DNA of 64,000 bases from Octopus sinensis (taxonomy: Eukaryota): contig NC_042999.1 in the NCBI RefSeq assembly GCF_006345805.1, positions 116,436,001 to 116,500,000 on the forward strand. The letters run 5' to 3'. Positions 37,165 through 51,493 of the stretch are shown here, piece after piece (within the stretch, counting starts at the first letter, position 1; the number at the start of each line of letters is the position of its first letter). The notes beneath the pieces were generated by a model. That model was not told the origin of the DNA and made no database searches. It saw only the letters and a program-made list of their open reading frames with translations. The position numbers and the translations under genes were made by a program.

Positions 37165-38430
37165 AAACTGAGCTGGCAGAATAGTTAGTACGCCGGACAA
37201 ATGCTTAGCTGTATTTCTTCCGGCTTCCCGTTCTGAGTTCAAATTCCGCCGAGGTTTACTTTGCTGTTCATTCTTTCGCGGTCGATGAAATAAGTATCAA
37301 TCAAGCACTGGAATCGATGTAATTCGACTCTTCTTCCTTTTCCTTTTTCTGTCTCTGTCATTTGCATCTCCTCCTCCATTTCTCCATTTCTCGTCTTACT
37401 TTCTCTCAACTATCTTCCTCACCCCACCCCATCTGCAACTTCAGCACCACCACCACCACAACCACCACTACAACCGTCCTTGCCACCACTACAATCACCA
37501 CAACCACTACATCGATCACAACGACAACCATCACCATCGCCACCAACTACCCACATTGGTCTCAATTTTTGGCTCAAGGTCAGCAATTTTTGGAGGGCGG
37601 TGATTTCATCGACCCCAGTATGCAACTGGTACTTATTTTATCGATCCCGGAAAGATGAAACGCAATGTCGACCTCGGCAGAATTTGAACACTGAACGTAA
37701 AGACAGACGAAATGGCGCTAAGTATTTTGCCCGGCGCACTAAAACGCTTCTGCCAGCACTCCACCTTCCCAACTACGAATATTGGTTTCAAATTTTGGCA
37801 CAAGTGGGGGGGGGCTAAGTCGATTACATGCATCCACCCGAGTTCAACTGGTACTTATTTTATCGATTCCAAAGGATGAAAACAAAGTCGACCTCGGCAG
37901 AATTTGAACACTGAAGACAGACGAAATGCTGCTAAATATTTTGCTGGGTGCACTAACGATTCTGTCAGCTCAGCGACTTACCAATTACCAATATTGGTTC
38001 CAAATTTTAGTTCAAGGCCAGCAATTTCGAAGGAAAGGATGAAGTCGATCACATCGATCCCCCAGTACTCAACTGGTACTTAATTTATCATCTCTGAAAG
38101 GACGAAAAGGCAAACTCGACCTCGGGGGAATTTGAACTCAGAACGTAAAGATGGACGAAATGCTGCTAAGATTTTACTCGGCGTGCTAACAATTCTTATT
38201 TCTTTATTGCCCACAAGGGGCTAAACATAGAGGGGACAAACAAGGACAGACAAAGGTATTAAGTCGATTACGTCGACCTCTGTGCGCAACTGGTACTTAA
38301 TTTATGGACCCCGAAGGGATGAAAGGCAAAGTCGACCTCGGCGGAATTGGAACTCAGAACGTAACAGCAGACGAAATACTGCTAAGCATTTCGCCCGGCG
38401 TGCTAACGTTTCTGGCAGCTCGCCGCCTTA
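37165..38430. mobile_element. SINE family B cluster: one plus copy (37165-37330) and four head-to-tail minus copies (37550-38430)
   Basis: Repeated GTCGACCTCGGCAGAATTTGAAC...GACGAAATGCTGCTAAG units. Confidence 0.85.
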
Positions 38431-38479
38431 CCAACTACCAATATCGCCAATATCTCTGCCACTCTCATATTACCGCCGC

Positions 38480-39180
38480 TGTCTCCCCACCATCACCACC
38501 ACCACCACCATCACCACCACCATCAACACCACCACCACCACTACCACCACCACCACCATCACCATCACCACCACCACCACCACTACCACCACCACCACCA
38601 CCACAACAACAACCACTGCCGTTGCCGCTGCCACAACCACTACAACCACTACCGCTATCGCCACCAATACTATTAAGATCAACACTACCACAACCGCAAC
38701 TACCACCACAAACACCGACAGCAACACCATCTACCACAATCCTTACCATCTTCACCAAGTCCACCACCATCACAACCGCCATCACAACCACCATCATCAT
38801 CACCAGCACCACCAACATCAACAACAGCAACATTACCCATCCCTGTTACAACAACCACCGCCACCATCACCACCATCACTATCACCACTACCATCACCAC
38901 CACCACTAACAACACCAACACCAACACCACTATCACCACTGCTACCACCAACATCACCACCGACACACTACCCCTCCTCATTACAACCACGACCACCACC
39001 ATCACAACCACCACTACAATCGTAACCACCACCACCATCACGACCGCGGCCGCTGCCACTACCACCACCACCACCACTACCACCACCACCACCATCACCA
39101 CCACCACCACCACCACCATCACCATCACCACCACCATCAACACCACCACCACCACCAATAACAACAACAACAACCATTAC
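38480..39180. repeat. ~700-bp degenerate (CAC/ACC)n trinucleotide array
   Basis: Direct reading. It explains the poly-T/P/H/V/G ORFs in the track. Confidence 0.95.
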
Positions 39181-39356
39181 ACTTCTTCCACTCACCATCT
39201 GTAAAGTTTCTACCATATAAACTGAACGACGAGGGAATTGTTCCTGGCAATATGAAACTTAAGAGATTTTCTCCAAATCTCACCGTTAACATTTCTTGTA
39301 CCATATATATATATTATATATGTGTGTATGTCTGTGCGTGTGTTTGTGCGTGTGTG

Positions 39357-39391
<35 letters not shown>

Positions 39392-39829
39392 GCGTGTGTA
39401 TACACACACACACACACACACATGTTTGTTTATCATTTATTCATTCCCATCTCAGAGGTTTGACATTCGACCTTTCCTTCTATCACGTTTTCAATGTCTT
39501 GCTCTCTTGCTCCCATGGTAAACACACACTCATACACACACATTAGCATACACATGCACACACATACACATTCATATATGCGCACACATGCATGCACTAT
39601 AACATGCATATACGTGTATGTCTGTATACAAGGATATGCATATGTGTGTTTGTGTGTAGGTGTGTGTGTGTGTATGCATAGGCATATATACATGCATATA
39701 TACACGTCACACCCACCTAAACACAAACACACACACATACATAATAAATACATATACACACACAAGAACTAAAATACTAACCATCATCATTCCTGAAATC
39801 GATAAAAAAAAAACACCGATAAGCCGGAA

Positions 39830-39894
39830 TTAATGGTGGTGGTAGTGAAACGAAGTGATGATTGCAATAGTCGTGTTGATGAGAGCAGCATCAC

Positions 39895-39945
<51 letters not shown>

Positions 39946-40110
39946 CGCTGGCGGCGGCAGTGGTAGTGGTGGTGGTAGTGGTGGTGGTAGTGGTGGTAGT
40001 GGTGGTAGTGTTTGTCGTAGTAGTAATTGCATGAGTAGTAGTATTGGTGTCAGCTTCGAGGCTGGTTGTGGTTATGTTGGTGCTAGTGGTGACGGTAGTT
40101 GTGAGGAAGG
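39830..40110. repeat. (AGT)n/(GGT)n degenerate trinucleotide array
   Basis: Direct reading. Opposite orientation to 38480-39180. Confidence 0.9.
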
Positions 40111-40182
40111 GTAGTCTAACCAGTAGTTCTAGTACTTTATATACATATACATACACACACACGCATATATGTATGTATGTAT

Positions 40183-40218
<36 letters not shown>

Positions 40219-40250
40219 TCACAAGCATCTATACATACATGCATGCATGC

Positions 40251-40305
<55 letters not shown>

Positions 40306-43300
40306 GTATGTATGGATATATACTTGTCAACATTAAATACTGTTCCCTGGGAAAACCATTGGTCTGTCATTCCCAACCTTGTGCATCCACAGGTGGTGCA
40401 TGGTTTACTAGCAAGTAATTGAAATATGTAATCGCGAACCCACTGATCAAGTCTCTCCGGGGCACGCTGCTTTAACTCTTATCCTAATAGTACATAGAAT
40501 AGCATAGCTGAATTTGCCTTTCCAAATGCTAGATCTTTTCGTTCTTGTTTTTGTTTTGTTTTTGTTTAAGGCAGCGGATAATACTTCAACACTGATCTGA
40601 CTGAATTCCCTATAAATGTCTTCACTTCCCTATGGCTTCAATCTTCAATATCTGCTAACAGTCAGTAGAGTTCTACTGCTGCTGCTGCTACTACTGTTGG
40701 TCATAGGAACACTCGTCTTAGGTTTCGTCCAAAAGAAGACTATTGGGCTAATTAATATTGGCAGATTCGCTCACTTCTTAACACGTTCCAACCACGAGAC
40801 CCACTTATACAACTGGTACTACAACGGCATCATACTCATCTAAAGATTTAAGCTATCAAGCGCAGCAGTATATGTTTGCTGCCATGGAATATTTATCATC
40901 CCCCTTTTCAACAGTCCCGCTGTAACTCACTCGTTCTTCATACTTCATATTTTAAAGTAAGCACGATGTTGAAATATTTATCTCTTGAGTCCCCACCCCT
41001 TCCACCAAACATCACCACCACCTCACATCTGGAGTTACCCAACCCCACCTCACGATTTACACGCTTGAATCGATCTTCAAAGTTTCCAATAAAATCTCAA
41101 AAATTATTAATTTCACCATTCTAGGATTCCACTCTCTTTATCTGATAAATTATAAAAAAAAAAAAAGGAATGCCTTCGCGTTCTATATTCAAATCCTATC
41201 CAAGCCGAACTTTGACCTTCATCTTTTGGCGTCGATAAAATATAGTTCCAGTCAAATACTGGGGTCGATGTAATCTGTAAATCCTTTATATATATATATA
41301 TATATATATATTACTTCCATATACCTAAAATTAGAAATCAAGTTAAATAACAGAAAAAAAAAGAAAAGAAAAGCCAAAAAACATTTATGGCCCTCTCTAC
41401 CTCTTTCCCCCGAACAAACGAGCCACTTAGAATATACTTTACTACCTATTTTTCTAAATCTAAATCCAAATCTTATATTGGTTGATCTAGCTTTTTACAC
41501 TTCCGGTGTTGATAACATAAACCACACAGCATGACATCCCACAGAGCAATGATGGCCAGCTTATATGAGTTCCAAGATAGTCAACCGACAGGATATGGCA
41601 GTTTATTTCATGTAACTGATGCTTGTTTTCATACCGTAAGTCACTTTACTTCTCAACAATGTAGCCCCGTATACTTAGCTGCAAATAGGTTCCGCTAGCA
41701 GTACTGAAGTATTTCGTAAGGCTTGCAGTTCCGAGTCCTTCTCCTCCAACGGTGATGATGACAACGACTAATAGAATGCCAAGGTATCTCCAGGAAACTA
41801 GCTTTTTATGGAACTTTATCTCCACGTCCTTTTAACACTACTCACCGTAGTTGAATACTATTGTAATTCAGAAATGGTTATGCTTCATAAATACAACTCT
41901 GAAATTAACTTAACAGTGATTTGATTCAATGATATAACTATACGGCTACTACAAGCGTCCCATTGGTAGAGTCATTAAAGTGGTAATCGCCCAGGCTCTC
42001 TGCGCTCTTTGTTTAAAACCTACCCAGATAACTTTTCCTTTCGCCCTTCCAGGGTCGATAAATAAAGTGCCACTCCCATACTAAAGGTGATTCTCCCCCT
42101 CTTCCTACCTGTATTTTTATTTCTCGGAGACATCGGCTGTTGTCAGACTCGGAGAAAAATCGTCTCTATTAGATCTAAGTGTGCCTAAGACACACCGTAT
42201 GTCACTCACCATTGAGTTCAGGTTTCAAGTCAAGGATTATTATATAATATTTACAGTGTATCTATAAATATTAGCCCACACTGTACCTATCTAAAAAAAC
42301 TTAGGTAACATTGTATTTGATATAAAATATTTTTGTGGACAGAAAAACAGAAGTCAGCCAGAAGAATTTCAACACTGTAATAGGATCATATCAGTAACCT
42401 AGCGTCATCCTTTTTTATGTTATCAACAAAGATCTCGTATATAGGAACAAAGTGTTAACGTATTTCCATTACAAACAGTTCGCTAAAATTTAACGTAACA
42501 CAAACTAGTACTAGAAAAGAAAACAAGGCTGTTTGCACGCCAAAAATTTATTATTCCAACTAATTGCCAAGAATACATATCAATCTATCTAATTTAATTA
42601 ACACCTTAACCCCATCCATAATAATGGATTTGTAGGCAGTATCTTTGGGAACAGTTATAGAGGGTACACAGTTACACAAACTATTCTGGCTGACCTTTCG
42701 CCTGACAAAGGACATATCGTATATAGAGGGACAAGATGGCTACATATCGTTATACACAATATTGGCTGAAATCTAGAGAATACTTTGTTGTACGACTTTA
42801 TTGCAAATATGAAAATATATAAGTAAAAGAATTAACATTTCCCAAGGAGATTTGTAACTTCTGCAGGAAATGCTGCGTGATTCGAAACACCCAGTAACTC
42901 TAGGATAATGTGTGCAATTGTTGCATTCAAGATGCATGAAAAAATATAAATGTGTGTGTGTGTATGTGTACGTGCGCACATGTTTGTATATGCGCACACA
43001 CACACACATACACACTCACACAAGCATCAATCAATCATAGAACATTTCGTCAGATGGAAGATAAAAAAACATTTCGATAAATTGGTAATGAAATATTCAA
43101 AGTATCAACAACTTTATTTCGCTTTATTTTCTACTATATGTGGCTCTCGCTACTTTAGTTCGAATCTGTAATCATGACGCTTTATAGGGATACATCATAC
43201 GAGAACAGAAGTTTAATGTCGATGAAAAATAGAGCCCTAAATCCAATGGTAATTTGTCGAACATTTTAGCACTTCAGTAAGTGTATGTGTATATGTTATG

Positions 43301-43388
43301 GATGTATTACTTATAAATAAACACGCGCGTGCACACGCACACACGCACGCACACACACACACACACACACACACAACACACACACACA

Positions 43389-43419
<31 letters not shown>

Positions 43420-43583
43420 CATACATGCATATGACTGTGCGGTAAGTACCAGGTTTAAAAAAATATAAAATACGTATTGGGGTCAATTAGCTAGACTAAA
43501 AGTCTTGAAGGTGGTGCCCCAGCATGGCCATAACCTAAGGGTTGAAACAAGTAAAACATAAAAGAAAAAAAGATGTACATACA

Positions 43584-43619
<36 letters not shown>

Positions 43620-43685
43620 TACATACATACATATATATATATATATACATACATACATACATACATACATACATACATACATACA

Positions 43686-43720
<35 letters not shown>

Positions 43721-43857
43721 TTTTTTCCGATGGCCGGCAAACTGAAGAGATGGCGGCGTGGTTTTCCACCTCGGCATCCGAAACTCGGAGTTTTATCATG
43801 GCTACCGAATAATTGTCACATATTACATTTACAGATATACATACATACATACATACA

Positions 43858-43919
<62 letters not shown>

Positions 43920-43920
<1 letters not shown>

Positions 43921-44116
43921 TAGGGGGTACTGAAAAGTTCCTGGCTTTGGCTAAAAGAAAATACAGGAGGATCAGTTAATTATGATTTTACGCAACACAC
44001 TTATTGCAGAGGTCCTTCAGTTTTTCTAAGGCCTGTAAAAAAAACACACAAGTTTGAGCCTCCAGTCAGGCCTTTTGCGACACCCTTAAAGCTAGAAACT
44101 TTTCAGGACCTCTTCG
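43920..44116. mobile_element. Mariner-type MITE, copy 1
   Basis: TA flanks. TIRs CTAGGGGGTACTGAAAAGTTCCTGGCTTT / rc CGAAGAGGTCCTGAAAAGTTTCTAGCTTT. Confidence 0.8.
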
Positions 44117-44409
44117 TATAATCGAAAAATGTGCACACGCATATCCTGTTGCATAAAGAGTGTTATTATATGACATTCTACATATTTGAATTCTAAAATC
44201 TGGTAGTGCTTTAATGCAGATAGAACAATATTGCTGAAGACTATATTTTCATATTTATAATGGAACTGATTTAACCAACACAGTTCAAGTTGACACGCCC
44301 CAAGGAAGACTCCCTGGTAAGAAGTTCAAGAGACGGAAAAGGAAGCATAAACCAACCTTATTTCTATTTTTGGTAATTTTTTTCAGTTATTCATTATTTT
44401 CCAGCAACT

Positions 44410-44630
44410 AAGACGGCGAGCTGGCAGAAACGTTAGCACGCCGGACGAAATGCTTAGCGGCATTTCGTCTGTCTTTACGTTCTGAATTCGAATTCCGCTG
44501 AGGTCGACTTTGCCTTTCATCCTTCAGGATCGATAAATTAAGTACCAGTTGCATACTGGGGTCCATCTAATCGACTAGCCTCTTCCCCAAAATTTCGGGC
44601 CTTGTGCCTAGAGAAGAAAAGATTATTTTC
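44410..44630 (+). mobile_element. SINE family B, near consensus
   Basis: GACGGCGAGCTGGCAGAAACGTTAGCACGCCGGACGAAATGCTTAGCGG...GGGCCTTGTGCC. Confidence 0.88.
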
Positions 44631-45067
44631 CAGCGATTGTTTAGCAGGAATAAATAAAGAACACCGGACTAAACGCCTTGTGAGTGGACGGAGACAGAAA
44701 CTGTATAGAAGCTCGTCACATACATATAAACACACACACACACACACAATCTAGATGCTAAACTAAGATTCGGAACCTAATCTACATTTTTCTACCTGTT
44801 CCTTTCCTAATGTTCTCGGCTTTTGCACTTAGAACTTTATGAGTTAGGATCTATTGCTTAAACTAACATTTTTCGGTTGAATACAGTTTGAGTGAGATAA
44901 ACTCATTACGTTCCATTGTTCTCTAACATACATCTAACTTTCCAGAAGATATACACACAAAAATCAAATTCAGTTCTTCCTTTTATGGGCACAGACAGAG
45001 AAAGCACTTTATGCAACGGACAATATAGTTCTTACCCTCTCTACTTGTCTAGACTCTCTTACTCTCT

Positions 45068-45133
<66 letters not shown>

Positions 45134-45333
45134 CCACCAGTCTTCTAGCAGTCAACAAAAGACGAAATTAACTACCTACAGGAATAGATAAAAGAACAGC
45201 AAATAATTTGTGTATAACAACAACTCGAAGAAGTTGTATCTTAAATTGCAACTATGAAAATGGAGGGCCATTTCAGTTTAAAATACTTTTCTTCCTGTTA
45301 TTTTAATTGTTACATACCATCGTTTTATATATA

Positions 45334-45549
45334 CGAAAGGTTGGTGAAAAGTTCCTGGCTTTAAGTGTTCCGCGAAAGGCCTGGTTAGTGTCCAACCTTC
45401 TGAGTTCTTTTACAGGGCTTAGAAAGACTGGAGGATCACTGCAATAAGTGTGTGATCTGAGATGGGAATATAATGAATAAAATCATAATTAACTGATTCT
45501 CCTGAATTTTCTTTTACCTAAAACCCAAGAACTTTTCTGTACCCCCTCG
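45334..45549. mobile_element. Mariner-type MITE, copy 2 (opposite orientation)
   Basis: TA-CGAAAGGTTGGTGAAAAGTTCCTGGCTTT ... AAGAACTTTTCTGTACCCCCTCG-TA. Interior homologous to copies 1 and 3. Confidence 0.8.
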
Positions 45550-45569
45550 TACATACATACATACATACA

Positions 45570-45601
<32 letters not shown>

Positions 45602-45788
45602 AATATAAATTAATAATTTTAAATTTAGATAATTTAAATTTTAAATTTTATATTTTATATATTTTGTAAATTATATGAATTATTTTTATTTTTATGTTTT
45701 GGTTTATGTTTTTCACTGTTTGATTGCTTAATAGTGGTTTTATCTCTAATTTAATTTATATATATATATATATAATATATATATATAT

Positions 45789-45821
<33 letters not shown>

Positions 45822-47418
45822 CTGTATAGATATATGTATGTATATATATATATATATATATATGCGCGCACACAAACACACACACACATCCACAGGAAGT
45901 TGCCATTTCATTTAGTTATACTGAAAGCAAGTATTTCAAGACTCAAATTTAAAAAAATTTCATACTCTAAATTCAATGCGCTAATGACGCAAGTAAACTG
46001 TTATCAAAAATAGATATTATCATGTTATGAATGAAGTAAAGATACTTCCGATTTCTCATAGTAATTCTTCATGGTCGAAAAATAGAACTGAATATTTTGA
46101 ACACTAAAATAGCTGCATAGACGACATTCATCCACATCAGAGAACATGATGGCATTAGTTAAACCACATTGCACTCACCAACAAATAGGAATCGTAATTT
46201 TTAAAAATTTGTCGATGATGCAAGAATTAGAAAAACCTAACAGTATTATTAATTTTCAAATACGAAATCATAACACTGTAAATATATGGTGGCCATTTTA
46301 AAATTAGTCATGTCATTTAATGAATTACAAGGTTATTTTTGTTTGGTCTGAAACAACTAAAACGAAGCCATAAGTCATAGGTTGGCGCTAAAATTGGCCG
46401 TGGGAACAGGAAGACTTTTGGCATACGCTGCTGTTGATTTACGTGCTGTTAAGACCATACCACTGAAGAAGGAGGTAACCATTTGTACCTGAGATGTTAT
46501 GAGTCATGTCTAACTCATTGACTGTTGCAGTCAGAATATTTGTCATCCTTACTGAATATTTTAAAATTGTTAAACAATAACTAAACTGCGCGTCAAATGT
46601 CTTGGTCGTCCATACGCTCTCTTGCATTCTTTCTCAGTTCATTTTATTTGACTTGGTAACAAAATAAAACTATTTTAATGGTTGCTGATGTATGACTTGC
46701 ATTCTTTGTGATGTTTGGAGACATATCCATAATGCATGGACTCTCTCTATCTCTTTCTGTCTTTTTCTTATTCCCTCTCTCTATTACGCGCACACAAGTA
46801 CACACACTCACACATACTGTTGACAAGTACATATGAATACATATGTGTATGTATAGCAATTTATTCGTCGATTTTGGTAGATGCTTTGGTTGTTGCTGTT
46901 GTTATTGTTATTGGTGGTGGTGGTAGTGGTTGTGGGGTATAGTAGTGGTAGTAGTCCTTCTAGCACTGTTTCTGTGGTTCGCATTGTTCATAAAATCATT
47001 GTCTTTGTAAACTTATAAGTACGTTTGCGCCTGGTTGCAGATATCGGTCGAGACTTTAGGTATATAAGCCAGATATTTTTAAAGGCTTGAATGCAAACAT
47101 GATAATAACAATATAAAATATTCCACTCAGAAATAATTCATATGTTACGAGAATATAAGTTTATCCTTAAGTATACGAGTTTCACAAAAGATGTATTGCG
47201 ATCATGATCTAGCAATGTACACTCTTTACTTGCCTGGTACATAAACACATATACGTATGTACGTGCACATAAATACACACATACGAACGTACATGCATGC
47301 ATGTGCACGTATGTATGCAAATATGTATGCATATATGTATATATTGGTTTAAATATATATATATTTCATTTTGTATCTATTTTATTTTATCTAGATTCAC
47401 CTCACGAGCTGTGGCCAT

Positions 47419-47640
47419 TTGTTTCAGTCATTTGTTGAAACCGCCTTTAGGCGAACAAATCGAGCCCAGGACTTATTCTTTGTAAGCCTAGTATTTAATC
47501 TATCAGTCTCTTTTGCCGAACCGCTAAGTTACAGGAACGTGAACACACCAACATAGGTTTCAAGCGATGGTGGGGGGAGAAACACAGATACGCAAACACA
47601 CACACACACACATGCACGCACACGCACACACACACACGCG

Positions 47641-47681
<41 letters not shown>

Positions 47682-47845
47682 AGACTGGCTTCTTTCAGCT
47701 TCTGTCTACCAAATCCACTCACAAGGTTTCGGTCGGACCGAGACTACAGTAGAAGACACTTGCCCAAGGTGCCATGCAGTGGGACAGAACCCGTAATCAT
47801 GTGATTGGAAAGCAAACTACTTACAACACAGCTGCTCCTGCTCCT
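47419..47845 (-). mobile_element. SINE family A, near full length
   Basis: Aligns with the reverse complement of 11566-11977. Confidence 0.85.
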
Positions 47846-49019
47846 ATAGCTACTTACCATACAGCTACGCTCACACATACATACATACAAATATATATAT
47901 ATATATATATACAGATAAGAGAAGAAATAGGGCAACATGTAACATTTAGAAGTTGATCGTTAGTACTGAATGATCATAGTTTAATTATGGTTAAGATAAC
48001 ATTTACAGCTGTTTCAGTTTGTTATTTTTGAAGTAAACTTGCATTTATCTCATTTCATGTAACAAACATCATCAGAATGATTTAAACTTTACCAGAGGCA
48101 TATTGACAGGAGATCGAAGATTGGTAGGAGAAAACAGGCAAAAGGAAAAGGTTCGTTAGGTCGTTAGGCTTACATTTTTGCTTCCTTAAAAGATGGCACG
48201 TGTGTGAAACAGTTGCTTCAAGTAGATGAATGGAGCAGTGAGTGGGGGAAACGACCAGTTGACCGTCGGTGTTAATCGAAGAGTTATACCTGCTAGTAAA
48301 TCCAGTATCATTAATCGTGACAAATAGCGCTATTTCAATCCGCTAGATAAGTTCCTATGTTAAAAATAAGGGACGCTTTTAAAGGTTTAAGTGCGATATA
48401 CGGTATAAATCTGGGTTACGTAGATAAGTATAAATAAAGTGTTGTTATGTGTGCTACAATAGGGTAAATCGCTGTAAACCTTACAGCAAGGCCTATATAT
48501 AGTTACGTAATGCACTAGTAGTGCCTACAGATACATTTTCCCCTTAGACGGTTGTATAACCTCTAACTCATAATTTATATATATATACATTTAATAATAT
48601 CAGGGTAATAAAAATTTTAGAAATTTCTACTACCATAGCGTAAATTAGTCAATAGACTATATATTATTCATATAAAATACAGTGTACATTAAAACACAGA
48701 GAATATATTCTCATCCAAAATGGATTATGTGAATTTGTAGTACTTATGAATAGTATTTCCCTTTATTTCCTCTAGGGGCTGGTTTTGAATGTCTGGAGAC
48801 AGCATTCTGTACGAATATATAAAGTGTCTCATTCTATTTTTTTACATATCTTTCTGTGTACAAATCTGTTAGTATTAGATTCTCGTTAAGTGGAAGTATT
48901 TTGCCGTCATGGTAAAAAAAATATAATCTAGATAAGATTTAAAATAAAATAAATTGAAATAAAGTCTAAGTTCTTTATCATATATCTGTATAGCACTCTC
49001 ACTCTCTCTCTCTCTCTCG

Positions 49020-49112
<93 letters not shown>

Positions 49113-49209
49113 TAGTATAATATATATATATTATATATATATATATATTATATATACATATAATATATATATTATATATATATATATATAGATATATATA
49201 GATATATAT

Positions 49210-49300
<91 letters not shown>

Positions 49301-49330
49301 TATATATCTATATATATATATTATAATATA
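49020..49330. repeat. ~300-bp (TA)n-rich microsatellite
   Basis: Direct reading. Confidence 0.95.
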
Positions 49331-49727
49331 GCTCTTTCATTTTCTTTCTCTACTTATTTTCTTTTATTCCTTTCCGTTGAAGAGCGTAGGCTAAAAATGT
49401 ACAAGACTTTTTCATTTTTCTGAGCGTCAAACTAATACACCTGCATATTGCTCATACACCTGTCTTCGTCTTTTGTTTTTCAATAAATTTCAACTACATA
49501 TATAAATACATATGTATGATGTATATGTATTATGTATCTGTCGCTTTGGACGAACCGTCAGGTTACGGGGACGTAAACAACACCGACATCGGTGTGAGGG
49601 ACAAACACAGATACAAAAATACAGACACACACGTATATAAATATATATATATATAATATATAATATATATATATATATATATACTATATAGATACAAACC
49701 TACATACATACATACACTACATACATA

Positions 49728-49768
<41 letters not shown>

Positions 49769-49838
49769 TATATAATATTATATATATATATTATATATAT
49801 ATATAACAAAGTGAGTTGTAAGGTACCGCACGAGTGGA

Positions 49839-50112
49839 ATATATATGAAAGAAGGTTTGAAAATGCAATTTTAAAAGATGTTTATTTACTTGACCGGTTT
49901 CACTTTTTCAGAAAATATATATTTTTCCCTTGTAAACTGTTCTTAACCTCTTCTTATTATCAAAGAATGTATTTATATATATTGTAATATTTTGTGACAA
50001 CCAGTACCGAAAATAACCAAGCTTTTACATGTTACTTTTGACAATCTTTTTCTACAAAAGCGAAATCGGTGAAGTAAATAAACATCTTTTAAAATTGTAT
50101 TTTCAAACCTTC

Positions 50113-50124
<12 letters not shown>
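49839..50124. repeat. Inverted repeat with ~76-bp arms in a (TA)n context, Penelope pLTR-like
   Basis: ATATATGAAAGAAGGTTTGAAAATGCAATTTTAAAAGATGTTTATTTACTT... is the reverse complement of 50048-50124, with a few mismatches. Confidence 0.8.
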
Positions 50125-50162
<38 letters not shown>

Positions 50163-51148
50163 TATAATATAAACATATTGCTTCTTTCAGCTCCGTCTAC
50201 AAAATCTACTCACCAGGCTTGGTTGGCCAGTTTGCAAGGTGTCACGCAGCGAGACTGAACCTGGAACCATGTGCCTACATCTACAAACATGAATAAAACT
50301 GATCGTAGCGACGAAGAAGGGCACATGCACTTCTAGAGTATAGAATGCTGGTTGTTACTCCATCCGGTCTTAGGGCTGAAAATAGGTTTGTTCTCGTTTG
50401 CAAACTGGTTCAGTTACCTATCTTAGCAGTGTATTATAAGGACGTGTAGATATGATATCCACACTGAGTCTATTGAGACTAGTTTCTCGGAAGCTTTTGG
50501 AAAAATCTAATAGCTGTTACGCCACTGGGCGTGACAGTTGCAAACATTACGTTATTAAAAGCATTGTTATCATACCGCCACGTTCTAGCTTCGCTGTTTT
50601 CTTCTCTCTGACTACTTTGTTCCAAGATTTGCATATATGTATATATACATACATATGTGTATATATATGCATGTATTCATGTGTGTGTATCTGCGTGTGC
50701 ATTGGAACAGGAGTTGTTGTGTGGTAAGAAGTTTGCTTCTCAACCACATGGTTCAGGGTTCAGTCCCATTCCGTGGCGCCTTAGGCAAGTGTCTTCTACT
50801 ATACACACACGCACACACACACACATATATATACATACATACATGCATACATACATACATACATACATACATACATACATACATACTACATACATACATA
50901 TATACATACATACATACATATATACATATGTGTGTGTGTGTGTGTGTTTTGTTTTGTTGTTGACTTTGAGAAAACCTGAAATAATAATTTTTTTTGGAAC
51001 AGTGGATCTCGAAGCAAACGATAAGGCTTATAAATCATAGCGAGGGAATGTTGGATTAAAAAGAGGAACTGACAAACCAACTGACAAACCAATCACAAGG
51101 GTTGATATAGGTAAAAGAAGAAAAAAAAGTAAAGTTTCTTCCCGAGTC

Positions 51149-51380
51149 GTACACACTCATAAGGGCAGTTTCCCGGTTTCTGTGGCGTGTAAATTCCCCA
51201 CCTGGATGGGAGCCGCGGTTCGTCACAGGATTACTCATATTTGTCAGCTGAGTAGATTGGAGCAACGTGAAATGAAGTGTTTAACTCAAGAACACAACAC
51301 GTCGGCCGGTCAAGAAATCGAAACCACAATCTTATGATCATGAGTCTGACACCCCTAACCACTAAGCCACGTGCCTCCGC
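51149..51380 (-). mobile_element. SINE family C, best-preserved copy
   Basis: Minus head GCGGAGGCACGTGGCTTAGTGGTTAGGGGTGTCAGACTCATGATCATAAGATTGTGGTTTCGATTTC (tRNA-like A/B boxes). Confidence 0.8.
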
Positions 51381-51493
51381 ATTGATATACTTACATTATA
51401 GAAAATAGCACTTAAGGAATTTTCAAGGATTGTTACGGAATTCTCACACAACATTTGTTAACATTCAACATTTGTGTCCATCTTAAAGATATA

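Noticed and set aside
38282-39216. Long ORFs of 120-250 aa (poly-T, P, H, V, G)
   Set aside because: They are translations of the (CAC/ACC)n array plus SINE sequence, open in several frames on both strands, with no domain.
41530-41635. 106-nt open segment ending at CC|GTAAGT
   Set aside because: The acceptor lacks a pyrimidine tract and the peptide is unrecognisable.
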